From Phaeosaccion multiseriatum (lineage: Eukaryota; Protista; Ochrophyta, other classes), in contig OZ218963.1 of the NCBI GenBank assembly GCA_965112735.1, positions 620,001 to 684,000 of the forward strand: a stretch of DNA of 64,000 nucleotides. The letters run 5' to 3'. A program made the position numbers and the translations under genes. The notes below the pieces were generated by a model. That model was not told the origin of the DNA. It did no database searches and was given only the letters and a program-made list of their open reading frames with translations. Shown here piece after piece: positions 1-21,733 of this stretch. Each line of letters starts with the position of its first letter. The stretch's first letter is position 1.

Positions 1-8
1 CCACGCAC

Positions 9-2273
9 CTGTCCGTCCGTGATGGAAATCACGTTGGTGGGGATGTAGGCGGACACATCTCCTGCCTGCGTCTCAATGATGGGCAGGGCGGTGAGAGAGC
101 CGTTACCAGCCATCTCTCCCATCTTGGCCGCTCGCTCCAGGAGGCGAGAGTGCAGGTAGAACACGTCACCGGGGTAGGCCTAAGGGGAGTAACAGGAGCA
201 AGTCAGGTGCGTGGGTGGGTGGGTGGTTGGTTGGTTGGTTGGGGAGTAAGAGAAGCAAGTCAGGGGGATGGGTGGGTGCGGGTGTGGATAGAGGTAAAGG
301 GGGTGGGTGGGGGGTGGGGGGGGGGTGGAAGAGAAAGCAAGCGCAAAGAAGGAAACCGTTTTTAAAACCGTTTCTTTTTGCATTGGCACGCACCTCACGT
401 CCGGGGGGGCGACGCAGCAGCAGAGACATCTGACGGTAGGCAACGGCCTGCTTGGAGCTGAGGAGGGAATATATACATATACAAATAATAATAATAATAA
501 TAATATATGTATGTATGAGGGGAAGGGAGGGAGGGAGGGACGGGTCAGTAATTCATGCAGCTGTATCTGAGCTGCTCTGAGATGGAACACACACACACAC
601 ACACACACCAACGAAATATTATCCAATTCCCGAAAACGATCCAACATATCCAATCACCCACGAAAATTAATGCAAAATATCCGATTACCCAAGAACTACA
701 ACTACAAAAGTATCCAATTCAAAGCCAAATCCAAACTGCCATGACTCACAGATCGTCGTAGAAGATGACGGCATGCTGTCCGTTGTCTCGGAAGTACTCT
801 CCGATGGCGGCGCCGGTGTACGGGGCGAGGAACTGCAGAGGGGCCGCATCAGAGGCGGTGGCCGCAACGATGCACGTGTGGCCCATGGCATCGGCCTTGT
901 CCAGAGCTCCAACCAGTTGGGCGATGGTGGAGCGCTGGTGAGTGAGGTGAGGTAAGGTGAGGAGAGAGACCGAACGGGGGGTGAAGGGGTGAAGTGAGTG
1001 ATCCAACAAGTTAAGCGATGGTGGAGCGCTGGTGAGGTGAGGTGAGGTAAGATGAGGAAAGAGAAAGAGATAAAAAGGGAAAAGGGGTGAAGGTTGAGTG
1101 TTGTAAGGGGGGGGGTACATGCAGTCAGGGCATTCGCTGTTTGTTTGGGAACCAAACTCAGTCCCAAAGTTGTACACCGTCGGTTCATTGTTTCGTCAAC
1201 AAGGTAGGACTGTGGCACGCACACTCACGGCACACTCTCTCTCCCTCACACACACACACACAGGGTCCCTCACCTTCTGTCCGACTCCGACGTAGACGCA
1301 CTTGAGCATGTCATCCCCCTTGGTCTTCTGGTTGATGATGGTGTCGAGGCAAATGGCAGTCTGCAAGCGGAGGGGCGATAAGGGGGCGCAAAAGCAACAT
1401 CAGCAAAAATAAAGAAATAAATATTAAATAAATAAATACAACAACGATTTTATCATGTTCTGCACACTTGTTGTACCCACAGGAAAAGAAAAAGCAGAGC
1501 AGAAGCGCACAACCGAAGGGCCATCACGGCACAAGAACAACTACACTACACTACACCACACACGCCAACTTAAAACTGACCCTCTCTCTCATTATCCGTA
1601 ATACTTGCCCTCGACACACGCACGCACACACGCGCACACACAGAGGCACACCACGAGAGTCTTCAGTTGATTCCTATAAGTGAAAGGAAAGAAAAGGAAA
1701 CTCCCTTCCCTCCCCCTCCTCCTCCTCCTCCTCCTCCTCCTCCTGTTGCTTACCTTGCCCGTCTGCCTGTCGCCAATGACAAGCTCTCGCTGTCCTCGTC
1801 CAATGGGGATGAGAGCGTCGACAGCCTTGAGTCCGGTCTGCACGGGCTCGTGCACCGAGCGGCGGGGGATGATACCGGGGGCCTTCACCTGTTGGTGATA
1901 CAGAGGGAGGGAGGGAGGGAGTGAAGGGAAGGGAGAGAGGGACGGAATGAGGGAGTGAGGGGGGAGGGGAGGGAGGGAGGGAGGGAGGGAGGGAAGGAGA
2001 TGAGAACGAATGCGCGGTATGAGTGCTCGAGAGGGGAGAGAAGCAAAGTCACTCCATCCACTCACACCAAGTACGACACACCGCGGTAGAAATTAAACAC
2101 AAGTCATGCAAAGTCAATGAGGCCTAAACCTCCGAAGGCCTCCGAAGGCCTCCAAGGAGTGCGTGAGGGGGGCTCTAGCAGGAGGAGGAGGACGATTGTC
2201 GATCATATACTCCTCAACAATATTTCCATGTTCGCTTCGCTCTCCTCTCTCTCTTCTCCATTCCTTCTTCCAA

Positions 2274-2316
<43 letters not shown>

Positions 2317-4003
2317 CACACGAACGAACCTCGCAACGGGATCGCAGGTCGGAGTCAATCTTCCCCATGCCATCAATGGGCTCTCCAAGTCCATCCACCA
2401 CCCTTCCCAACAGGGCATCTCCGACAGGCACATCGACAATGGAGCCCGTGCGCTTCACCATGTCCCCCTCCAGAATGTCTCGGTCGTCGCCAAAGATGAC
2501 CACTCCGACGTTGGAGTCTTCGAGGTTGAGCGCCATGCCTCTGAGGCCGCAGGCGAACACAACCATCTCTCCGGCCTGTTGCATTGCATCGTACCGTATC
2601 ACCAACGAGTGTATGTGTGTGTGTGTATGTGTGTGTGTCCGTAAGGAGGGGTGGAGGGGTGGATGGATGGATGAGAATGGCATCAAGGGAGGCAAGGGAC
2701 GGGCGGGGGGGGGGGGGGGATTGGCCAGGTTGATCGTTCAGGAAGGGTAGTTTCCTGTGGGTATACAGACGGACAGCAATCCCTCTCATTCTTGTCCATG
2801 AGGCAAACAACGCACGCACAGGACTGGGGATAGGGAGGCGTGCATCATCCTCACGGAACGGAAGTGTGTGAGGTCCCTCTTGTACTCTGAGGGGGTGCTG
2901 CTCACACACACTTGTCGCCCAACGCACTGCGAAAGCCGTGCCAAGGTTGCACACAACTTCTCGCAGGAAGGGATGTCCTCTCTCCATCCCAGTGTGCCAC
3001 AGGACCACTGCCAGTTCCAGGACCAGGGTCAGGATCAGGCCAACACACAACGCACGCACGCACGCACCTGCACGTTCTGGAGGCCGTACACTCGGGCAAT
3101 GCCGTCTCCTACGGAGATGACCTTCCCAACCTCCGTGAACTCGCTCGAGGTCTTGGCAATGTCCTTGCTCATGTCAGAGATGCGCGACTCAAGGTAAGAG
3201 GCGAGCTCCGCCACAGCGGCAGGGGTCTGCACGGCCTCACTGGCCATCCAGCGGGAGGCGCCAATGCGGGCGCTCGATGCCTGTTTGCGTGCGTTGACAT
3301 GGAGGAGGGGGGGGGCGTTGTGGTGTTTGTGTTTGTGTTCGTTGTGTTGGGGAGGTTGCTCGTTGTTAGCAATGGGATTGGGCTCTCGAGGCGTGCATAC
3401 ACAGGGTTAAGCAGCATATACTATTGCACAAGCTACTGTGCTTTTCTGGAGGCGGGGGGGGTTGTGTGTGTGAGTGGGGCGTCCGTGTGTGAGGTACGGG
3501 GGGTTCTTTTGTGTGGTAATTTCTCGCCTCCTTCTCTACCCTCCTCTGAAACCAGCACCGCGAAGCTGTTTATCCCCACAATGCTACTTCTATTGCCTTC
3601 TTTTTCCACCGCCGCCACTCTTCTTCCCCACCCCTCAACAGTGCACTCCTCCCCATATGCTGGCGGGTGGGCAAATAAAGGAGAACGTGTGTCTCTAGGC
3701 TCAGCAACAGCAGGAGCGCTCAAGCCCGCTCAGCCCCCCCGTTTCAATCCAGCCACATGCATTGCACGATTGCAAACAGCGCAAAGCCCCTGTGCCGCCG
3801 CAGGTGCATCTTCTCCCCTCCCTCTTGTGCGCAACAATGCCACTTCGTTGCGTGGTGTTCTCCACGCCGGCTTTTTTTCTCTCCCACGCTGCGTCTCTTA
3901 CCGTAAGCGCCGGCATACTGGCCGAAGCAGCATGGCGCGACCTGTCAGCCGCAGAGATGACTCTCCTGAGTGCCAATCGGCCGCTGCGTGCAAAGGTCGC
4001 CAT
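9..4003 (-). CDS. ATP1: Mitochondrial F1Fo ATP synthase alpha subunit, nuclear-encoded with N-terminal presequence; 3'-partial. Exons 4003-3902, 3280-3068, 2575-2330, 1888-1754, 1360-1274, 934-750, 457-394, 179-9
   Basis: Spliced translation gives the F1-alpha motifs [31 protein letters not shown] (Walker A), [35 protein letters not shown] and [13 protein letters not shown]. All junctions are GT-AG and phase-consistent. The N-terminus [19 protein letters not shown] is Arg/Ser/Ala-rich. Confidence 0.97.
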
Positions 4004-4320
4004 CTCAACCCAGTCTTATCAATGCCCACGCTCAGTCCAGAGGAAAGAAAATGAAAAAGACACACGTAGGAATCGAACCCGCTCCTCCAGTTTGCATTTC
4101 AGTTTCTGACGTGCATACAATATGTAACCGAAATCCACGCGCTTTCTTCCGCTTTCTCTTCTCCTGCCCCTCGCTCGTCCCTCTCGTCAGAAAGATTGCC
4201 TCCATCTCGACTCGCCATGTGCCGCACCTCAAGCGGGGATATGTAGGCCGAGATGGGGGCTGGATTCTCCGACCGAGCGGAAGGGGACTGGTGTTTCTGC
4301 GGGTAAGCATAAGAGAACAA
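4004..4320. promoter_or_regulatory. Probable short bidirectional promoter between ATP1 (-) and the PH-like gene (+)
   Basis: Head-to-head genes with about 320 bp between start codons, free of microsatellites. Positional inference only. Confidence 0.4.
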
Positions 4321-7202
4321 ATGGCTCCCGATCGAGGTTTTCAGTACAGCCTTCTCATCTCGTTGCATTTCCTTCCTTTCTACCCTTTTGTCCCCCTAGC
4401 AACCCCTCTTCAGTCGAAGAGGAGGATGAGCTCCCGTACTGCCCCCCGGACGAAGACCAGCCCTACTATGACGACGAGGAGGCGGTGCTAAGCGAGACAC
4501 TCAGGGGGGGGGTGGGGAATGGAACACTCCAGGGCCTGGATAAACTGGATCCAAACCTCTTTGGTTCAGTGAGCTTTAAGGACAGGAAGGTGAGAACGGC
4601 GGAAAAAGAAAGACCAAACAGAAAACCTCCCGTTGCTTACAGCCATAACCTTTGGACCTCCACGTCCCTTCCTCTCTCGTCCCCTTAATGATATAGGGCG
4701 ATGGCGAAGGAAGTCCCTTCTCCTACGGTTCCATGTCACCCACTTCACCCATGTCCAGGACCACGGTCACTCCGAGTCCCACGCGGCGCAGCAGGAGAGC
4801 TAGTCCGAGCAGAGGTGGCAACAGAGATGCTACTGATGCTACTATCACCAAGACGAGTCGACAGCTGGCCAAGACCTCTCTATCGCCGCGAGGATCACCA
4901 AGGGTGGCTGGTGCCAGCGTGGAGCACGAGTCGAGGCGGAGGAGGGTGCTCACTGCGGGTACTACTACTAGTCCTCGTGGTCGGGTTGTTAGAGGAGAGC
5001 AGAGGAGAGGCCAGCAAGCAGAGGAGGGCGGGCAGCAGGTGGTGAGGGAGGGTAGGGACAGGATCAGGAGAAGGGGCGGCAGCGCCCCACGCGAGAAGCT
5101 TCCCAGCTGGACCACTGGCCGAAGGCAGGCTGGACGGTCTCCACTGTGAGTAGTACTTCTGTGTACCTCTGTATGGATGGTATGGTTAGAGAGGCTCTAC
5201 CCTGGCCTGTGACGAACCACGGAAGAAGGCAGTGGTGGTTTCTATTGTCTCTCCCTCCTCCTGTTTGTTCTACGACGGGGGTGCCGTTGAAAGCTGGTTT
5301 TGGATGCTCCTTCCGTTGGGTGGTGGCGTGTCGTGTGCTTTGATCTCTTTGTATCTCTCGTCTCTCGCTGCATGCTTCCCCCGTCTCTCTACTGCATTGA
5401 TTGCGTGAGTGTGTGCATGGGAAGGGTCTCACTCATTCTTCCACTCTTTGCATCACTATTGTATCTGTGATACAGCCGCCGTCAATCATCGACTGACGCC
5501 CTGGAGCAACGCCGACATGAGGAGGAGGAGGAGGAGAAGGAGGAGAAGGAGGAGAGAGAGGAGAAGGAGGAGAAGGAGGAGGAGGAGCGGAGAAGAAGGG
5601 AGAAAGTCGACAAGTCGAGAGACAAGATGATTTCGAAATTCGTTGAGGTGAGGTAGCAAAGCTCTGGACTGGTGGGCGATGGATGGATGGATGGATGGAT
5701 GGATGGGTAGATAGATGGATGGATGGATGGATGCATGGATGTGAAGAAGGTTGTGAGCCATGAGAGAGGTCTCCTTGGATTTGGCTTGGACTCACTTACT
5801 CTCCCGTCTTTGCCTGGACTGAGGTCCTCCCTCTTTCATGTTGAAAGTCAGTATTATGTCAATGGCCCAGGCCCAGGCAACATTCATCGTTGTGAACGGA
5901 GGCAGTTCTGAAGTCCACAGGAGCACACACAAATCGGGCGCCGCCAACCCAACCCCTACCCTCACTGCGCCCATGGTCGGCACTTGCTTAAGCCACTAAT
6001 CTGATCCTTGCTCTGTGAGCTCACCTCTCCTCTCCCTCGCCCATCAATCTCTCTCTCCCTCTCTCCCTCCCCCCCTCTCTCTCTTGTTCTCTTTCTCCCT
6101 CTCCTCTTCTCCCTCTCTCCCCGCCCCCTCCTCTGTCCCTCTCTTCTCTCACCCTCTCTCTCCTGCTCTCCTTATCTGTCTCTCCCTCTTTCTCTCTCTC
6201 CGTCTCTCTCTCTCCTGCTCTCCTTATCGCTCCCTCTCTCCCTCTCTGAGGGCAGGTGTTGGGAGGAACTGGTTTGCGCGTGCAAAGGCATCCACCTGGC
6301 ACGTCACACTCCAGAAGAAAGGTACTTATATACGTACTTACATATGTACTTACGTACGTGTGGTGCCTCCTCTCCGCTCCACGTCCCCCTGCCCGTGCCA
6401 CGGTCCACCAATCTCCCCCTGTCCTGACACCCAACACTGTAACCGACATTCCCTCCTGTCCTGATACCCAAGACGGTGAAGGGCAAGCCTCTCCTCCCTC
6501 CTCCCTCCTTCTCTCCTGTCCTGACACCCAACACTGTAACCGACATTCCCTCCTGTCCTGACACCCAACACTGTAACCGACAACGCTTGTGCTTCCATGC
6601 CCGCCTTCCTGTCCTTCAGAAGCGCTTTTGCGTGCTTAAGTACGACTCGGACACGCAGTGCCTGACGTGGAAGACGAAACGGTTTATAGTGGAGAGCCAA
6701 CACGCCCTATTGCTCACAGACATTCGCCTGCTCGAGACGGATGCTGGCGTCGCGTGGATCACCACACACAAGTGAGGGAGGGAGGGAGGGAGGGAGGGGG
6801 GGAGGGAGGGAGGGAGGGAGGGAGGGAGGGAGGGAGGGAGGGAGGGAGGGAGGGAGGGAGGGAGGGAGGGAGGGAGGGAGGGAGGGAGGGAGGGAGGGAG
6901 GGAGGGAGGGAGGGAGGGAGGGAGGGAGGAAGTGAACAGGTCGAGGGCAGGCCCAGCACCGCGTCGATCGGTTCCTGTCGGCAGTCATATGGGCGAGACA
7001 TTCGGCCCTCGTAAGTCTGCCCTTGTAGAGTTGACTCACTCGTTGCCAATGGACCAGGTGGTGTGCGTGGGTGTGTGTGTGTGTGTGGGTGTGTGTGCGT
7101 GTGTTGTGTGTGTGTGCGTGTGTGTGCGTGTGTGTGCGCACCCGTATGTGTTTGTGTATGGGGAGAACCAGAGAGAGAACCAGAGAGAAAGAGGGAGAGA
7201 GA

Positions 7203-7239
<37 letters not shown>

Positions 7240-7653
7240 GAGAATGGAATCGGAAGGGGGAAGAGCCGATTGTTCTTTGGTCGGCAGTCCACATTCCTTA
7301 CTGTACTTCACTTACCGTACCCCCTTGGACCCCGCCCTATCCCCTCTCCTCCTCCTCCTCCTCCTCCTCCTCCTCCTCCTCCTCCTCCTCCTCCTCCTCC
7401 TCCTCCTCCTCCTCCTCCTCCTCCTCCTCCTCCTCCTCCTCCTCCTCCTCCTCCTCCTCCTCCCCTCTCTCCTCCTGGCCTCTTTTCCTGCCGATGTGTT
7501 TCTCCTTTTCCCGCTGGCACTGTGTCTTCGCGTCTTCCTCACAGGCTGCAAGTTGGATTCCAACCCGCCAAGGAAGAAGACGCCAAATTCTTGGTCAAAT
7601 GCCTTCGCATCCTCAAGAAGAGACAAGGGAGTCAGGCACAAGCTCGGTACTAG
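4321..7653 (+). CDS. Hypothetical protein with a low-complexity S/R/E-rich N-terminus and a C-terminal PH-like domain. Exons ~4321-4336 (uncertain), 4414-4589, 4697-5145, 5476-5647, 6256-6321, 6620-6771, 7545-7653
   Basis: Phase-consistent GT-AG chain. The C-terminus reads [44 protein letters not shown]...[10 protein letters not shown]...[23 protein letters not shown], a beta-strand pattern plus terminal helix typical of PH folds. The start codon is not secure. Confidence 0.65.
6417..6580 (+). repeat. About 37-bp intronic minisatellite (CTGTCCTGACACCCAACACTGTAACCGACATTCCCTC), 3-4 copies
   Basis: Direct inspection. Confidence 0.85.
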
Positions 7654-8441
7654 CGACTAGCTAGCTGCTTGTAGTTCTTTTACTGGCTAGGTACTACTAG
7701 CAGGTACAAGCTAGGTGGTATAGTGGATGCACGAGGGAAGGGCCGGGAAGGTCGCTCTTCCACGAGCACATGTCTACACACCTGCCCTGGGCCGCCTCTG
7801 GCCAGCCGTGATGTGCATGTGTACATGTGTGTGTATAGCGATGGCATCATGCATCACACTCAGCCAGGCCAGACCAGGCAGGGGCTGCAGTCTGTAGGCA
7901 TGCCGTGTCGCCTGCCTGTCGTGCTGACTGCTGGGAGGGCCAGCCAGTCGCTGACTAGTCGTGTTGAAAGTCAGTAGTATGTCAAAGGCCCAGGCCCAGG
8001 CAGATACGGTGACTGACACCAGGCACTAGCAGTAGTTGTGTAAGCAAGAGACACCAGGCAATCCTTTTTTGCTTTCTTGCTTCTATAACTGCACTTCCTC
8101 AGTCGCCACACCCCTGCCTCTTGACCCCAGTTCACCCACAGAACATTTTGCCTCTTGACCCAGTCCACACACAGAACATCATCCATAGTCACTGAGCGAG
8201 AGGTACTACCTAGCTCGTCATATTGGCTTTGTACCCTCTCTCTCTCCCTCTCTCTCTCTTTCTCTCTTGTGTTTGTGTGGGTATGTGTGTGGGTCTCTGT
8301 ATGTATTTGTGTGTGTGTGTGCGTGCATGTGAGGGTGCGTGTGTGTGTGCGTGTGAGTGTGTGTGTGTGTGTGTGGCGTGCATGAATGTGAGTTTTGTTT
8401 GTAGATGTGTGTGTGTGCGTGTGTGCGTGTGTCTGGTTGTG

Positions 8442-8498
<57 letters not shown>

Positions 8499-8773
8499 CG
8501 TGCATGAATGTGAGTGTGTGTGTGTGCGTGTGTGCGTGTGCGTGTGTCTGGGTGTGTGTGTGTGTGTGTGTGTGTGCGCGTGGCGTGCTTGAATGTGAGT
8601 TTTGTGTGTGTGTGTGTGTGTGTGTGTGCGTGCGTGAGCCCCGTGGGCCATGATGCGCAACTTTTGAATTCCGATCGCGGGTTGCGCCGCCTCAAATCTG
8701 GAACAGGAGCTAAAAACGCAGACGTACGGACAAAAGTAAGCTAAGCTACCAGAAGCAACCACCCATCTTGAAC

Positions 8774-18941
<10,168 letters not shown>

Positions 18942-19088
18942 GCTCCTTCGTCCATCTCCTCCTCCCCCCCCTCCTCCTCCCCCTCCTCCTCCTCCTCCTC
19001 CTCCTCCTCCTCCTCCTCCTCCTCCTCCTCTCTCTCCCCTCTTTCTAATCTCTTTGATCTCCCTCTCCTCTTCCTCTCTGTCTCTCTG

Positions 19089-19158
<70 letters not shown>

Positions 19159-19788
19159 GCCGGGCGTAGCGTCAAGCTCACTCATCCTTTGGGATGGATG
19201 CGTTTGTGTCAAGCACAGGGTGCATTTGTGTCAAGCACAGCACTTCGTTATTTGTACGGCTTTCATCTTTTTCGTTACGTATTGCTTAGTATTAGTTATT
19301 AGTGAGTCAATGTCAAGTCAGCCCCCCTCCTCTCTCGCACCCTCACTCGCTGGATGGCAGTAGATGGATGGGGATGGGATGGCAGTGGAGGGATGGGGAG
19401 GGATGGCAGTGGATGGATGGGGATGGGATGGGTAGTGTGGCAGTGATACGTTTCTGCTCCATTGGAGTAGGCGCAGGAGCTTCGACATATGGTGTTCGAT
19501 ATGTCGATACGTAAGGTCACGTAAGCTGAGAAGGGATATGCGAATGGCAGAGGTGTACACGAGCCCTCCCCGCCCCCCTCGCTTCCAGTAAGCCAATTAA
19601 TAAAACTCGCCAGTAAGCCAATTAAAAGAATGTGGAGATGACATCTCCTCGGACCACACACAAGCACACACACGCACACACAGACATACGCACACACACA
19701 CACATGCACAGACACACACACAGAGAGAGAGAGACACGCACACATATGCACACACAGAGACACACACGGAGACACGCACACACATACA

Positions 19789-19922
<134 letters not shown>

Positions 19923-20298
19923 CACACGCACACACACGCACACACACGCACACACACACGCACACACACACACACACACGCACACGCACACACACGCACA
20001 TAATGAAGAAAGGCTACACACGCCACTACCACCCACCCATCCACTGCCATCCATCCATCCACTACCCACATCCTTCACGCGCTCCTCTAACAGAGAGAGA
20101 GAGACTCAACGGAGGCTAATGACAAGAGAGAAGTGGAGACAAGTGGAGACAAGTGAGTAGAGGATGCAGACGTTGTTCATTTTATGGGGCGGTCTTCCTT
20201 CTGCTTTTGTGCTTCTGTCATGTGCATACATATGCATACGCAATGCCTCTGCTGCTACTCAATTCTCGTCTCACACGCCCTCATGCACCACTTTGCGG

Positions 20299-20332
<34 letters not shown>

Positions 20333-20569
20333 GAGGAGGGTGACTACCTGTCATTCACTTTGCCACAGCGACTTGCATCTTATTGCATGTGCCTTCTTCC
20401 TCCCCTCCCCCCCTCCTTTCCTCTGCTGTACAGTACACAGCACATTTCCGGCATTCTCTCCGTAGAGAGAGAGAGAGAGGAGAGGGAGGAGAGAGGGAGA
20501 GATTGAGAGAGAGAAGGAGAGCGAGAGAGGGAGAGATTGAGAGAGAGTGAGCACTGGCTCTTCCCTACT

Positions 20570-21676
20570 CTACATGCCGGGCATGCCACCCATGCCTCCC
20601 ATTCCCCCCCCTCCGCCCATCCGCGGGTCTTGCTGCTCCTCCTTGTTGAGCACTGACAGACCAAGAGGGGGGGGAGGGAGTGAGGGGATGGATGGATGGA
20701 TGGAGGGAGGGAGGGAGAGGGATAAAGAGAGAGAAGCGGAACGGATAGCAGAGTGTAGGATGATGAGTTCACAGATGACGAACAAGAGTACGTGAGTGCA
20801 TTTGACAACGCCCCCCCTCCCTTCCCCCTCCCCTCCCCACCCCTGCTCTCCTCCCCTCCCCTTCTTCCTCCCCTCCCCTCCCCTCCCCTCTTCCTCCCCT
20901 CGGCACCTCTCACCAATGTTGTCGTCAATCCTCAACACGGAAATGGCCGCTTCCGTGGCAAATCGCAGAGACTTGATCTTGGAGATGGCGGGCTCCACCA
21001 CGCCTGCCTCGAGATTGTTGCGTATCTCCCCCTTGATGAGGTCTAGGCCCATGAATTTGAGTTCGGACTTGTCAGCCTGTATCACCAACAGGTGTGTGTG
21101 TGTTTGGGTAGTAAGTCAATAATTTGGCGAGAGTGAGCTTGTCGTGGATACTTTTCCTCCTCTGTTCGTTGCGTTCTGTCCGTGTTTGCATTCATCTCAC
21201 TCACTCACTGACTCAATCACTCCCTCACTCACTCACTCACTCACTCACTCACTTACCCACTCACCCACTCACTCACTCATTCACTCACCCACTACCTCCC
21301 TCCCTCCCTCCCTCCCTCCCTCACTCCCTCCCTCACTCCCTCCCCCTCCTTTACTGACATGGCACACCGCATGCTTACATCACTTTGCCAGGTGTTCGCA
21401 CACCGCAGCTTTCCGACCCACGCACGCACACACACACACACACACACTCCCTCACTCACCCACACACTCTCTCACTCACCCACCTACCCACTCACTCACT
21501 CACTTACCCACTCATTCACCCACTCACTCACTCACTCACTCACTCACTCCCTCCCTCCCTCCTTACATTTATTTGCGAGGTATTGTGGTATGCGCGCAGC
21601 TTGGCCACGAGCTCCGTCGCATCTTGTGCAGCGTTGACGGACAACGTCTTCGGAATCACCAGCAAAGCCTCCGCAA

Positions 21677-21733
<57 letters not shown>

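Noticed and set aside
1889-1903. Motif resembles the LexA box (CTGT-N8-ACAG) or the lambda operator half-site (TATCACC)
   Set aside because: The spacer is N7 and invariant, and the context is eukaryotic. Treated as coincidence.
2912-4054. 380-aa + strand ORF
   Set aside because: Antisense shadow of ATP1 exons and intron, with no recognisable domain.
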